A DNA stretch of 64,000 nt from NCBI GenBank assembly GCA_963762565.1, contig CAVXLD010000010.1:416001-480000 (forward strand), in the 5' to 3' direction. Under the pieces are notes generated by a model. That model worked only from the letters and a program-made list of their open reading frames with translations, ran no database searches and was not told where the DNA came from. Position 1 is the stretch's first letter; the number at the start of each line of letters is the position of its first letter. The stretch is from an uncultured Verrucomicrobiae bacterium. GTDB taxonomy: Bacteria > Verrucomicrobiota > Verrucomicrobiia > Chthoniobacterales > JAFAMB01. The position numbers and the translations under genes were made by a program. Positions 39,254 to 49,586 of the stretch are shown piece by piece.

Positions 39254-39538
39254 GAATAGCCGCAAAAGATCGCAAAGAACGCAAAAAAAATGGTAGGGCG
39301 AGGCTCCCGAGAGACCTAAGTGCTTCATCAGGGCTGCCGACGTGCACCACATGCGCACCGTTTTTACGCCGATACGCGCGCCGAGCCGTGCCTAGCGCTC
39401 AACCACGGCTCGGCGCGCATATCGGGTTCAGCACGGGAAATATTGACGATATGCCGATCTCCCTGCTTACCCGTACGGTGTTTCGGGAGCCTCGCCCTAC
39501 CAACGCTGGGTATCTTTTGCGATCTTTTGCGGCTATTC
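39254..39538. repeat. (CGCAAAAGA) element enclosing a family C hairpin (39292-39501)
   Basis: Perfect 23-bp IR gaatagccgcaaaagatcgcaaa / tttgcgatcttttgcggctattc. Confidence 0.88.
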
Positions 39539-39865
39539 TTTCTCTGCTGCACGGCCCGCAGCCAACGGCACCTCAGCATTCAACCATTTGCTAAAGCTCT
39601 CATTCACTGACTCAGGCGCTATCTCGGCCACCAGATTGGTATAGCTGATATATTGCCGCACGAGCTCTTCAATCGCTTTGCGATAGCCGGCCTGGGTCTT
39701 GACCAGCAGCACGGTCTCCGGTTCTTCCACTATCTTACCTTCCCAACGATAAGCACACGTGATCGGAAACCAGTTAGTGCACACCGCCAATTGCCGCTCC
39801 AACAATGCTCTACCGATCCGGCGAGCCTCATCGTCCGTGTTCAACGTGATGTAGTAGATGCGCAT
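39533..39865 (-). CDS. cutA: Divalent cation tolerance protein CutA
   Basis: EARRIGRALLERQLAVC, YRWEGKI, E..LLVKT. Confidence 0.9.
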   Translation of the reverse strand: MRIYYITLNTDDEARRIGRALLERQLAVCTNWFPITCAYRWEGKIVEEPETVLLVKTQAGYRKAIEELVRQYISYTNLVAEIAPESVNESFSKWLNAEVPLAAGRAAEKE

Positions 39866-39886
39866 GGGAGAAGAAGTACCCCAAAA

Positions 39887-40094
39887 GGTAGGGCGAGGCT
39901 CCCGAATTATAGACAGGTCGTCGCGGCGTGAAATGACGATTCATGGTATATGGGATGCAACGACTGAAAGCTGCCGAGCCGTGGGTCGCGCAATCCAAGG
40001 CTCGGCAGCTTCTATACGATGCACCTGATATACCAACGAAATGCCATTTATCCCGGCGACTCCCTTTCGGCTAATTCCGGAGCCTCGCCCTACC
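39887..40094. repeat. Family C 208-nt REPIN-like hairpin
   Basis: ggtagggcgaggctcccga...ggagcctcgccctacc; apex gctgccgagcc/ggctcggcagc. Confidence 0.9.
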
Positions 40095-40129
40095 AAACTA
40101 CCCTGCGACTCACCTTGAGGACGATCAAA

Positions 40130-41920
40130 ATGACAATTTCGATACGGATGGGATTAGTAGCAGCCATTGGGGCGGTAGCCATTGCCAGTTATGCGGGCGA
40201 GACCCAGGGTTGGGTGCAGAAAAGCAATGAGGCTGCTAAGCCGCTGCTCGAATACATCGCCAGGTATACGCCCGAATATGGTTCTTCAATCGGGATCGAC
40301 AAAGCAGACGAAGGCGTCATCGATCTAAAGCCAGATCTCTACGCACGCACCAAGGAAGACGGAGAAAAGATAGTCCAAGAGTTGCAGGAGAAGGAATCAG
40401 CCGAGTCCGACCCCAGGGTGCGTCGCGATCTTGAGATCTTGATCACCGCACAAAAGAACAGTCTGGAAACCCGAAGGCTCAATCAAGAGCTGATGCTTCC
40501 GTTCTACGATGTCGCGGAGACCGCTTTTGATGGTCTGCAAAGCTTGTTAGATCCGCGTAATTCAGCTGCCCGGCAAGCGAAAGCAATTGTCCGATTGAAC
40601 CGGTACGCCGGTCAGGAAACCGGTTTCGAAGCGATCACTGAATTAGCGAAAGCACAAACCGAAGCGATGCTGGGGAATGCTAAGTTGGTTCGCCCATACA
40701 TCGCTCAGGTAAACGATGCCATCAGCAATACCCAAACGTATTTGGATGGTATTGCTGAGATGTTCCGAACCGCCAAACTCAGCGGTTGGGAAGCCGCACA
40801 TGCGGCACTAACTCGCCAACTTTTAGCTTACAAAGATTGGTTAATAAAAGAGATCTTACCTCAAGCCAGACAAACGAATCCGCTGCCAGAAGCGATCTAC
40901 GCAGATAATCTGAAAAATAACGGGGTGCTGATTGACCCGCACATCTTGATGGAACGCGCTCGATTCGAATTCGTCGAAATTCAGGACGAGATGCGGACGC
41001 TGGCTAAGGTCATCGCTCAGCAGGAAAAGCTGAGTTCGTCTGATTATCGCGAAGTCATCCGTTCGCTGAAGCACCGAACCGTTCCACCAGACCAGCTGTT
41101 GTCGTTCTATCAGCAGAGGTTGACCCAAATCGAGAAATTGGTGGAGGAGAACAATATCGTTAGCCTACCGAAGCGGCCGACGATTATCCGGTTGGGGTCA
41201 GCGGCTGAGACCGCGGAAGAGCCGGCTCCGCACATGAACCCACCGCGCTTGATCGATAATCAAGGGGAGTACGGCGAGTTCGTGATACCGAATGGCAAAG
41301 ACGGTCTTGACGAAGATTTCGTCAACGAGGGCGAATCCTGGACATTGACCGCACACGAGGCGCGCCCAGGTCACGATCTCCAGTTTACCTCCATGGTCGA
41401 CAATGGAGTCTCAATCGCGCGTTGTATCTTTGCCGACAACAGCGCCAACGTGGAAGGTTGGGCGGTCTATATGGAAGCCGTCATGGAGCCGTACGAACCG
41501 CTAGATGGCCAGCTCTTTTCGCTTGATGATCGGTTACTCCGGATTGCGCGCGCCTTCCTTGATCCGATGCTGAATCTGGGCTTGATGAAACCGGAAGAAG
41601 CTAAGGCATTTCTGATAAACGAAGTGGCTCTTTCCGAGTCAGACGCTCGAGAAGAAGTGGAACGTTACACTTACCGCGCTCCCGGGCAGGCTGCCGCGTA
41701 CTTCTACGGCTATATGACCCTGCGAGAATTAAACGAACGAACTAAGCTCGCTTTGGGCGCAAAATTCAACGAAAAGGCCTACCACGACTTCATCCTATCG
41801 CAAGGCCTCCTTCCGCTAAACCTAATGGCCGAAGCCATCCAGGAGGAGTTTGTTCCGAAGTACTCCAGCGCCACGATAGGGACGAACTCCCACGCGTCCG
41901 CCGGCTCCATCGGGCATTGA
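40130..41920 (+). CDS. DUF885 family exported protein (putative metallopeptidase)
   Basis: HEARPGHDLQ, EGWAVYME, EVERY..PGQA..Y; GAGGA RBS before ATG 40130. Confidence 0.88.
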   Translation: MTISIRMGLVAAIGAVAIASYAGETQGWVQKSNEAAKPLLEYIARYTPEYGSSIGIDKADEGVIDLKPDLYARTKEDGEKIVQELQEKESAESDPRVRRDLEILITAQKNSLETRRLNQELMLPFYDVAETAFDGLQSLLDPRNSAARQAKAIVRLNRYAGQETGFEAITELAKAQTEAMLGNAKLVRPYIAQVNDAISNTQTYLDGIAEMFRTAKLSGWEAAHAALTRQLLAYKDWLIKEILPQARQTNPLPEAIYADNLKNNGVLIDPHILMERARFEFVEIQDEMRTLAKVIAQQEKLSSSDYREVIRSLKHRTVPPDQLLSFYQQRLTQIEKLVEENNIVSLPKRPTIIRLGSAAETAEEPAPHMNPPRLIDNQGEYGEFVIPNGKDGLDEDFVNEGESWTLTAHEARPGHDLQFTSMVDNGVSIARCIFADNSANVEGWAVYMEAVMEPYEPLDGQLFSLDDRLLRIARAFLDPMLNLGLMKPEEAKAFLINEVALSESDAREEVERYTYRAPGQAAAYFYGYMTLRELNERTKLALGAKFNEKAYHDFILSQGLLPLNLMAEAIQEEFVPKYSSATIGTNSHASAGSIGH

Positions 41921-41990
41921 ACGGCGTCTGGTGACACTTAGCAGGGACCCATAAGTCATATAGGTCCCATCCGTGGATCGCAGAGCCACT

Positions 41991-42108
41991 GGGAGGGATC
42001 GCGTCCTCGCGATCAGTGGTTCGCGGAGCTCAGCGCAGACCAGATTGAGGGCTTAACCGTATCGACGATGCAGACCTGGCCGCGGCGCGCGGGGACGCGC
42101 GCCCTCCC
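41991..42108. repeat. Family E REP doublet, empty (118-nt) form
   Basis: gggagggatcgcgtcctcgcgatc...gcgcgcggggacgcgcgccctccc. Confidence 0.9.
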
Positions 42109-42130
42109 ACGTCTAGGGGCCGCCTTCCAA

Positions 42131-42742
42131 CTACCGCGAATACAACTCGACCACGAGTTGCTCGTTCACGATCGGGGCGATCTCGTCGCGCGTAGGAATG
42201 CGCGTGACTTTGCCCTGGAACTGGTCCTTATCCACCACTAACCAACTCGGAATCGGCTGGATCTGAGTCAATTCAAGGTTCCTGGTCACAAGCCTGCGAG
42301 AAGCCGGTTTCTCCTTGATGGTCACAACGTCGCCAGCCCGCAGGTTGTACGAAGAGACGTTCACCTTGCGACTATTCACTAGCACGTGGCCGTGAGAAAC
42401 GATCTGCCGAGCAGCACTCCGCGAATTAGCAAACCCTAATCGGTAGACAACATTGTCCAGCCGGGTCTCCAGCATCTGAAGCAAGGTTTCACCGGTGACA
42501 CCACGTTTTTTCAGGGCGCTTTCAAAGTAACGACGAAATTGTCGCTCCATCAGCCCATACATGAACCGCAATTTCTGCTTCTCAGCCAAAGCGGTGGCGT
42601 AGTCAGACTGTTTACGACGGGAGCCCTTAGGCCCATGCATCCCGGGAGGATAATTCTTCCGCTCTAGTGCTTTGTTGGGGCCGAAAAGAGCGACCCCATA
42701 GCGACGACTAATTCTTGCTTTCGGACCAGTGTATCTACCCAC
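42131..42742 (-). CDS. rpsD: 30S ribosomal protein S4
   Basis: MGRYTGP, LETRLDNVVYRLGF, VELYSR. Confidence 0.98.
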   Translation of the reverse strand: MGRYTGPKARISRRYGVALFGPNKALERKNYPPGMHGPKGSRRKQSDYATALAEKQKLRFMYGLMERQFRRYFESALKKRGVTGETLLQMLETRLDNVVYRLGFANSRSAARQIVSHGHVLVNSRKVNVSSYNLRAGDVVTIKEKPASRRLVTRNLELTQIQPIPSWLVVDKDQFQGKVTRIPTRDEIAPIVNEQLVVELYSR

Positions 42743-42754
42743 TTTAACTCCTTA

Positions 42755-43441
42755 TCAGACGCGACGTTGTTTCGGTGGCCGGCAACCGTTATGAGGAACC
42801 GGGGTGACATCCCGGATCACCGAGATATCGAGGCCAATGGCTTGCATGGCTCGAACAGCGGACTCGCGACCTGCCCCTGGTCCTTTGACCAAGACCTCTA
42901 CTTCCTTCAGCCCGTGTCCCATCGCTTGCCGGCAAGCATCCTGGGCCACTAACTGCGCCGCGTAAGCGGTACTCTTTCGCGAACCTCGGAATCCAGCTTT
43001 TCCGGCACTAGACCAACCGATCACATTCCCGGACAAATCGGTGATGGAGACGATCGTATTATTAAAAGTCGCTAAGACATGAGCGATACCAGAACCCACG
43101 TTCTTGCTACCTTTCGCCTTAACAATCTTCGGGCGCTCCGCAGCCCCGGAGTCAAGTGAAAGGGAAGTCTTGGCCCGTTCGCCAGCGGGCGCTCCTTCTT
43201 TCTTTGGTGCTTTCGGCTTTGCTGCCTTAGGAGCTTTCGGTTCGGCTGGAGCTGCAGGTGTTGCCGAGGTTGCAGGGGGCGTGGATGCCGCAGGGGGCAC
43301 AGATGCCGCAGGTGTTTCGGACGTTGCAGGCGTTACAGACGCCGCGGGTGTTTCGGACGCCGCAGGCGTTGCGGACGCCTCGGGTGTCACAGGCGCTGCT
43401 GGCGCCTCAGGAGCGGGTTTGGATTGTTCGTCGTCAGCCAT
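42755..43441 (-). CDS. rpsK: 30S ribosomal protein S11 with long N-terminal extension
   Basis: [31 protein letters not shown]. Confidence 0.97.
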   Translation of the reverse strand: MADDEQSKPAPEAPAAPVTPEASATPAASETPAASVTPATSETPAASVPPAASTPPATSATPAAPAEPKAPKAAKPKAPKKEGAPAGERAKTSLSLDSGAAERPKIVKAKGSKNVGSGIAHVLATFNNTIVSITDLSGNVIGWSSAGKAGFRGSRKSTAYAAQLVAQDACRQAMGHGLKEVEVLVKGPGAGRESAVRAMQAIGLDISVIRDVTPVPHNGCRPPKQRRV

Positions 43442-43455
43442 CTTAAAAGTGCGGT

Positions 43456-43851
43456 TTAAACTTTACCGGCCTTAGCGTCTTTGTTCCGTTGAACACCGAC
43501 GGTTTTGCGCGGGCCTTTCCGTGTGCGCGCATTGGTTGAGGTCCGCTGGCCGCGAACCGGAAGTCCACGAATGTGCCGAATACCCCGATAGCACCGGATT
43601 GCCTGAAGACGCTTGAGGTTCGATTGGATGTCGCGACGCAGATCGCCTTCGATCAGTAGCCCGCTCCCATTAATCACATGTACAATCTGCCCAAGTTGTT
43701 CAGGGCTAAGGTTCTTGGCCCGGGTATTTGGGTCGATATTGGCTTGTTCAAGAATCCTTCTCGCTGTCTTCGGCCCTAGGCCATAGATATAGGGCAGAGA
43801 AGCCTCGATTCGCTTTTCTCCGGGGATTTCGACTCCAAGTAAACGTGGCAT
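43456..43851 (-). CDS. rpsM: 30S ribosomal protein S13
   Basis: [25 protein letters not shown]. Confidence 0.98.
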   Translation of the reverse strand: MPRLLGVEIPGEKRIEASLPYIYGLGPKTARRILEQANIDPNTRAKNLSPEQLGQIVHVINGSGLLIEGDLRRDIQSNLKRLQAIRCYRGIRHIRGLPVRGQRTSTNARTRKGPRKTVGVQRNKDAKAGKV

Positions 43852-43888
43852 AAACGTATCTAGTTCAACATACGGTCAACAAACGCCG

Positions 43889-44002
43889 TTAGCCTTGGCG
43901 CTGCTTGTGCCGCGGATTCTTACAAACCACGCGAACAACATTTTTCCGCTTAATAACGCGGCAGCTCTCACACAGGCGCTTAACTGAAGGTCTAACTTTC
44001 AT
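43889..44002 (-). CDS. rpmJ: 50S ribosomal protein L36
   Basis: [14 protein letters not shown]...[11 protein letters not shown]. Confidence 0.97.
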   Translation of the reverse strand: MKVRPSVKRLCESCRVIKRKNVVRVVCKNPRHKQRQG

Positions 44003-44097
44003 TAAGTCTCTTTGGGTTTCACCCTCTAAAAACAAATAGAGGACAAAAAAACGCCACCGAAATACCCTTTCGGGAGCGTTCGCTTTGTCCAACCACC
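44003..44097 (-). promoter_or_regulatory. Structured RNA between infA and rpmJ (candidate ribosomal-protein leader)
   Basis: GGACAAAG/UUUUGUCC and AACGC/GCGUU stems closing CCC-GAAA-GGG and UUCG hairpins. Confidence 0.5.
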
Positions 44098-44316
44098 TTA
44101 CCTTTGCCGGAAGGTTATTCGGCCTTTCGTCAGGTCGTAGGGAGACATCTCTACCATAACTTTGTCTCCTGGCAAGATCCGAATGAAATGTAACCGCATT
44201 TTTCCGGAAATATGCGCCAGAAGCCTATGTCCGTTGGGAAGTTCAACCCGAAACATCGTATTCGGCAGTAGTTCCACTACCTTGCCTTGAGTTTCGATGA
44301 CGTCTTTTCGCGCCAT
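44098..44316 (-). CDS. infA: Translation initiation factor IF-1
   Basis: [30 protein letters not shown]. Confidence 0.98.
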   Translation of the reverse strand: MARKDVIETQGKVVELLPNTMFRVELPNGHRLLAHISGKMRLHFIRILPGDKVMVEMSPYDLTKGRITFRQR

Positions 44317-45053
44317 GTGAGGATCTCAGGTTCAGCTTTCGTAACTAGAATCGTGTGTTCAAAATGAGCCGAAGGTGTGTGATCCGCGGTAACCACCGTC
44401 CAATTGTCCTGTAGCAACATCACGCCTGCTTTCCCTAAATTGACCATCGGTTCGATTGCCAACGTCATTCCTGCCTTGAGCTTTGCGGTCGCTCCGGGAG
44501 TCCGATAGTTCGGGATTTGCGGTTCCTCATGGAGATGGCGGCCCACTCCGTGGCCAACAAACTCTCTAACCACACTGAACCCGTTGTGTTCGACGGCGTC
44601 CTGAATGGCTGCGCAGACGACGCTCAGACGACGGCCTTCCCGGGCCTTCTCGATACCGGCATAAAGCGCATTTTCCGTGACCTCCAACAATCTCTGCACT
44701 TCTTCCGGAACTTCACCGATAGGAACCGTAGCGGCAGTATCACCAACGAAACCGTTAAGAATCACGCCGATATCCAGTTTAACGATGTCCCCGTATTGGA
44801 TCCGACGATGGCTACCGATGCCGTGCACAACCTCGTCGTTGAGAGAAATACAGACATTACCGGGAAACTTCTTGTATCCAAGGAAGGCGCTACGGCAGCC
44901 GGCGTCCGCCATCAGGCGCGCCGCCGCTAGATCGACCTCTTTGGTAGTCATCCCCGGACACAGCATCGTCGAGATTTCGTCGAGAATCTGACTTGCCAGC
45001 CGGCATGCGGCCCGCATGTGCTCAACTTCTTGTCGCGTCTTAATGGGAATCAT
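44277..45053 (-). CDS. map: Methionine aminopeptidase type I
   Basis: VVHGI, GHGVG..LHEEP, AIEPM, SAHFEHT. Confidence 0.97.
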   Translation of the reverse strand: MIPIKTRQEVEHMRAACRLASQILDEISTMLCPGMTTKEVDLAAARLMADAGCRSAFLGYKKFPGNVCISLNDEVVHGIGSHRRIQYGDIVKLDIGVILNGFVGDTAATVPIGEVPEEVQRLLEVTENALYAGIEKAREGRRLSVVCAAIQDAVEHNGFSVVREFVGHGVGRHLHEEPQIPNYRTPGATAKLKAGMTLAIEPMVNLGKAGVMLLQDNWTVVTADHTPSAHFEHTILVTKAEPEILTWREKTSSKLKAR

Positions 45054-45709
45054 CCTGCAATCAGCCCCGCAATATCTGCGAAAACAGCCTCGGCGTCACG
45101 TCCGGCCTCGATCTCCACCAACCGGTTTCCATAATACTTATATACCGGGACCGTCTTTTGCCAGTACGCCTCCAGCCTTTTATCCAGAGCTTCACTGTTA
45201 TCGTCCGACCTTTTCTCTAACGGTCCACCACAATTTGGGCAAGGGTCATGAGGAGATTGGACATGCCTGCCCATGCTAACCACTTTCCCACAATCGGCGC
45301 AGACCAGGCGAAGCAACATGCGCGTCCTAATGGTTTCCATTGACACTGCGAGAGCAATAGCCAGATCCAGAGGCGCTTGGCGCTGTTGCAGGATCTCATC
45401 GAATGATTCTGCCTGTTCTACCGTTCTGGGAAAGCCGTCGAATAAAAAGGCCCCCAGGTGGGTTCCGAGCCACTCCTCGACCACTTGCATCACAAGACTG
45501 TCAGGGGCCAATCCTCCTTTGGATATAATTTGTTCGGCCGCCAAGCCAATCGGGGTCCTGGCCTTCGCCTCTTTACGAAGGATTGCCCCCGTGGAGGTGG
45601 TTGGAATGTGGAACCGGTTTTGAATCAACTCCGCTTGGGTTCCTTTGCCGGAGGCAGGCGGACCTAAAAGCACGAGTCTTCTTTTCACCCCGTCAACATC
45701 AATGGCCAA
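45050..45709 (-). CDS. adk: Adenylate kinase (zinc LID)
   Basis: GPPASGKGTQ, DGFPRT, CxxC...CxxC; start uncertain. Confidence 0.95.
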   Translation of the reverse strand: MAIDVDGVKRRLVLLGPPASGKGTQAELIQNRFHIPTTSTGAILRKEAKARTPIGLAAEQIISKGGLAPDSLVMQVVEEWLGTHLGAFLFDGFPRTVEQAESFDEILQQRQAPLDLAIALAVSMETIRTRMLLRLVCADCGKVVSMGRHVQSPHDPCPNCGGPLEKRSDDNSEALDKRLEAYWQKTVPVYKYYGNRLVEIEAGRDAEAVFADIAGLIAG

Positions 45710-47201
45710 CGAAGATCGAGATTGCTACCCCTGCCACGGCCAGGATAGCAGCACCAACACACATCCAAAGCAGCGCGCCTTCCTTGACTAGAGAACCACG
45801 ACTCGCAGGCGTCCGCTCGAACCGGCCTCGGATTCGACCTTTACGCAGGAACCCGTCATAATGTCTCTGGAGCAGATGGGTTTCAATTTGGCGCATCATA
45901 TCGAGAATGACGCCGACGATAATCAACAAGCTGGTTCCGCCGAAGAAACGCGCCGTCAGACGGGGCACTCCTGCCGTGGTGATCAAGAGCTCAGGAATCA
46001 CCGCGATCAAGGTCAAAAAGATCGCGCCAGCAAAGGTTAGCCGCGACAAAGTGAACTCAAGAAAATCGGCGGTCGGTTTACCCGGCCGGTAACCCGGGAT
46101 GTAACCATTGTATTTCTTAAGGTCATCGGCAATTTGATTTGGCTGGAATTGAATGGCCACCCAGAAAAAGCTGAAGAAAAAGATCAGGACGGCTACCATC
46201 ACGTAATGCCAAGGACCGTAAGCCAGAGCATTTGCCAAACTAACCGCCCATTCCTGGTTCCTGAAACCCATGCTCAGAATCGTAGACGGGAACAACAGAA
46301 TCGCTTGGGCGAAGATGATGGGCATAACGCCAACCGCATTAACCTTCAATGGAAGATATTGGGTTTGGCCGCCATAGACTTTGCGTCCAACCACCCTTTT
46401 GGCGTACTGGATACTAATCCGGCGCTGCCCCTGCGTTAACGCGATCACGCCAGCGATCACAAGAACCAGAAACACGATCATCAGGACCAATACTAACGGG
46501 TTGACCTGACTTTGGTTGGCTGTGGAAGGGACAAAAGTGTTCCAGACCTGCACCAATGCGCCCGGCAGCGTGGCAACGATGCCGATCATGATGATCATCG
46601 AGGTGCCGTTACCAACACCGCGCTCCGTGATTTGATCGCCGATCCACATCAAGAACATGGTTCCGGCGCTGAGCGTAATCACCGCGATGATCTGAAATCC
46701 AAGACCTGGAGAGGGAACTAACGGCCCAAGTTTTGCAATCGAGGCCCCAATACCCTGCAGGAAGGGATTCGATTGCGGATTCTGCATGGACAAAGCCAGG
46801 AGATAACCTTGAAAGAGACACAGCCCGAGGGTGACATACCGGGTGTACTGCATGATCTTCGCCCGGCCACCCGTTTCTTCACGTGCCAGCTTGTTCAGAC
46901 GAGGGATCACTGCAGTCAGCAACTGCATCATGATCGACGCGCTGATGTAGGGCATAATCCCGAGCGAAAGAATCGCGCAATGCTCCAGCGCTCCGCCGGC
47001 AAAAATGTTAGCCAGGGCGGCAATACCTCCAGCCGTCGCATTGTTGGTCTGGCTCTTGAACCAGTCATTCAAAACATGCGCGTTCACCCCAGGAATGGTG
47101 ATGGCGGCGCCAGCCCGGACGACGATCAGCATCATCAGCGTAAAAATGATCCGCTGACGAAGTTCCGGAATTTTAAAGATATTCGTGAAAGCCGAGATCA
47201 T
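45699..47201 (-). CDS. secY: Preprotein translocase SecY
   Basis: LGIMPYISASI, GVGNGTS, GVMPIIFA, IPGYRPG, GGTSLLIIVGV. Confidence 0.98.
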   Translation of the reverse strand: MISAFTNIFKIPELRQRIIFTLMMLIVVRAGAAITIPGVNAHVLNDWFKSQTNNATAGGIAALANIFAGGALEHCAILSLGIMPYISASIMMQLLTAVIPRLNKLAREETGGRAKIMQYTRYVTLGLCLFQGYLLALSMQNPQSNPFLQGIGASIAKLGPLVPSPGLGFQIIAVITLSAGTMFLMWIGDQITERGVGNGTSMIIMIGIVATLPGALVQVWNTFVPSTANQSQVNPLVLVLMIVFLVLVIAGVIALTQGQRRISIQYAKRVVGRKVYGGQTQYLPLKVNAVGVMPIIFAQAILLFPSTILSMGFRNQEWAVSLANALAYGPWHYVMVAVLIFFFSFFWVAIQFQPNQIADDLKKYNGYIPGYRPGKPTADFLEFTLSRLTFAGAIFLTLIAVIPELLITTAGVPRLTARFFGGTSLLIIVGVILDMMRQIETHLLQRHYDGFLRKGRIRGRFERTPASRGSLVKEGALLWMCVGAAILAVAGVAISIFVGH

Positions 47202-47213
47202 TAGAACACTCGG

Positions 47214-47660
47214 TTAAGCACGAACCACCGCTGCTCCCCCGGCTTGCTCGATCTTTTGACGCGCCGATTCGCTGAATTTATCCGCTTCGACGGTCAATTT
47301 CTTTGTCAGTTCGCCGCGCCCAAGAATTTTCACGCGCTCAACTTTACCCTTCAACAGGCCTTTCTCGCGCAAGAGTTGCTCGGTTACGTGCGCCTCGGCA
47401 TCAAATCTTTCCAGGTCTGCCAGGTTAATGAGGGCGTACGTTATCTTGAATGGGCCATTACCAAATCCACGTTTGGGCAAGCGACGAATCAACGGCATCT
47501 GCCCGCCTTCGAATCCTAAGCGGATGCTGCCACCGGAACGCGCCTTTTGGCCCTTGTGCCCCTTTCCGCTGGTCTTGCCATGACCGGAACTCTCACCGCA
47601 GCCCAATCGTTTGACCCGGTGTTTTGCTCCCGGGCGAGGCTTCAATTCGTTTAACCGCAT
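47214..47660 (-). CDS. rplO: 50S ribosomal protein L15
   Basis: [26 protein letters not shown]. Confidence 0.98.
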   Translation of the reverse strand: MRLNELKPRPGAKHRVKRLGCGESSGHGKTSGKGHKGQKARSGGSIRLGFEGGQMPLIRRLPKRGFGNGPFKITYALINLADLERFDAEAHVTEQLLREKGLLKGKVERVKILGRGELTKKLTVEADKFSESARQKIEQAGGAAVVRA

Positions 47661-47737
47661 AATAAATTCGTTTCGTTTACTTCAAACTTACCGTGGATTA
47701 GCTCATGCAATGAGCCTCAATGAGCTCAATGAGTCTA

Positions 47738-48247
47738 CTACCGGCTCCGAAGGCGCAAGATGTCTTCCTTCTGGCGTAGAGTCCGCAGGGCCTCCATCGT
47801 GGCTTTCACGACATTTGCGTGGTTACTAGAGCCAAGTGACTTTGCCAAGACGTCTTTTATACCGGCCGCTTCTACCACCGCGCGGACGCCGCCGCCGGCG
47901 ATAACGCCGGTGCCCGGCGAGGCCGGCCGCAATAGAACCCGGCCTCCTCCAAACTCGCCAATTACTTCGTGCGGGATAGTATTTTCATGGATGGCCACCG
48001 GCACCATCGCCTTACGAGCCGCATCCGAAGCTTTACGAATTGCCTCGGAGACCTCGTTCGCCTTACCAAAACCATAGCCGACCTTCCCTTTATGGTCACC
48101 AGCCACAATTAAAGCGCTAAAGCTAAAGCGACGACCGCCTTTCACCACTTTGGCGCACCGGTTGATGAACACCACTTTCTCAGTGGTATCACCCTTTTGT
48201 TCTCGATCTCGTCCGTCGTTGCGGCGACCTCTTTGATCTGGTGGCAT
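47738..48247 (-). CDS. rpsE: 30S ribosomal protein S5
   Basis: [22 protein letters not shown]. Confidence 0.98.
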   Translation of the reverse strand: MPPDQRGRRNDGRDREQKGDTTEKVVFINRCAKVVKGGRRFSFSALIVAGDHKGKVGYGFGKANEVSEAIRKASDAARKAMVPVAIHENTIPHEVIGEFGGGRVLLRPASPGTGVIAGGGVRAVVEAAGIKDVLAKSLGSSNHANVVKATMEALRTLRQKEDILRLRSR

Positions 48248-48252
48248 AAAAA

Positions 48253-48609
48253 TTAAAATTCTAAACCTGCAGAACGAGCTGCGTCAGCCAATGCTTTCAC
48301 CCGTCCATGATAGGTGAAACCGCCTCGGTCAAACACGACTTGCCGAACGTTCTTCTGTAATGTCCTCTCGGCCAAAAGTGAGCCCACCTTCTGGGCAGTC
48401 GTCACATTCGTATTGCTCCGCTGGTTACCGCGCAGACCTTTCTCCACAGTAGACGCAGCTGCAACCGTTTTGCCTACGGTATCATCGATAACTTGTGCGT
48501 AAATATGTTGGCCTGAAAAATGTACGCACAACCGAGGACGCGCCGTGGTGCCTAACACCCGTTTGCGAATCCTCTCGTGCCGTATTCTAATTCGTGTGGT
48601 AGAAGCCAT
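48253..48609 (-). CDS. rplR: 50S ribosomal protein L18
   Basis: [24 protein letters not shown]. Confidence 0.98.
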   Translation of the reverse strand: MASTTRIRIRHERIRKRVLGTTARPRLCVHFSGQHIYAQVIDDTVGKTVAAASTVEKGLRGNQRSNTNVTTAQKVGSLLAERTLQKNVRQVVFDRGGFTYHGRVKALADAARSAGLEF

Positions 48610-48624
48610 AGATCGTTCGTCCCC

Positions 48625-49164
48625 TTATTGGACCGTCTTACCCTCTTTCCGCAGGACCTGTTCGTCTGTGTACCGGATTCCTTTACCCTTGTATGGCTCC
48701 GGAGGATAATACGCTCGAATGTTAGCGGCAGCCTGACCCACCTTCTGGCGGTCAATCCCTTCAACCAAAAGCTTGGTATTCTCCTGAACGGTAACCTTAA
48801 TACCGTCCGGAATCTGAAATACGATCGGGTGGGAAAAACCCAAACTGAGATTCAGTTTTGACCCTTGTACCTGAGCTCGAAAGCCGACTCCCTGGATCTC
48901 CAGCGATTTCTTAAATCCCTGGCTAACCCCGGTCACCATGTTGTTAATGAGACTTCGGGAAAGGCCATGCAATGCTTTCACCGAGCGCGATTCTACCGTG
49001 CGGTCGAGCAAGACCTCCTGGCCTTCGATGCGAAGCTTGATCTGCTGCGGCAATGTCCATTCGAGCTTGCCTTTCGGTCCTTCAACAGTAACGGCACCGG
49101 AGTCCGAGCAACCAACCTTCACCTTCTCGGGAAGCACCACACTTTTCTTTCCAATTCGTGACAT
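48625..49164 (-). CDS. rplF: 50S ribosomal protein L6
   Basis: MSRIGK, LGFSHP, PEPYKGKGIRY. Confidence 0.98.
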   Translation of the reverse strand: MSRIGKKSVVLPEKVKVGCSDSGAVTVEGPKGKLEWTLPQQIKLRIEGQEVLLDRTVESRSVKALHGLSRSLINNMVTGVSQGFKKSLEIQGVGFRAQVQGSKLNLSLGFSHPIVFQIPDGIKVTVQENTKLLVEGIDRQKVGQAAANIRAYYPPEPYKGKGIRYTDEQVLRKEGKTVQ

Positions 49165-49177
49165 ACTTAAGACCTCC

Positions 49178-49576
49178 TCACCAGATAATGGCCAGGAGTT
49201 CGCCTCCTACATTTTCACGTTTGGCTTGCCGGCCCGTTAAAATTCCGCGCGACGAGGAAACAATAGCCGTCCCCGTTCCGCCCAGAACTCGAGGCATTTC
49301 GTCAGCTGCCACGTACTTTCGCAGCCCGGGTTTGCTAACTCGCTTTAGCCCAGTCAGCGCCGGAGTCCGATTCACAAATTTCATAGTCACCTTGATAACG
49401 GCCGGACGCGAAGAATGGTCCACCTCGTACTCGGTGATATATCCCTCGTCTTTAAGGATCCGGGTGATCTCCTCTTTGATCCGCGAATGCGGCACGGTTA
49501 CATCCGATCGATGGGAGCTGGCCGCGTTGCGAAGCCTGGTCAGGAAATCAGCAATAGGATCAGTCAATGTACTCAT
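49178..49576 (-). CDS. rpsH: 30S ribosomal protein S8
   Basis: DPIADFLTRLRNA, SKPGLRKY, GGEL. Confidence 0.98.
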   Translation of the reverse strand: MSTLTDPIADFLTRLRNAASSHRSDVTVPHSRIKEEITRILKDEGYITEYEVDHSSRPAVIKVTMKFVNRTPALTGLKRVSKPGLRKYVAADEMPRVLGGTGTAIVSSSRGILTGRQAKRENVGGELLAIIW

Positions 49577-49586
49577 ACTCTCTCTC

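Noticed and set aside
44277..44316. 40-nt map/infA overlap as a programmed frameshift
   Set aside because: Both genes are complete in their own frames; a simple stop-loss overlap explains it.
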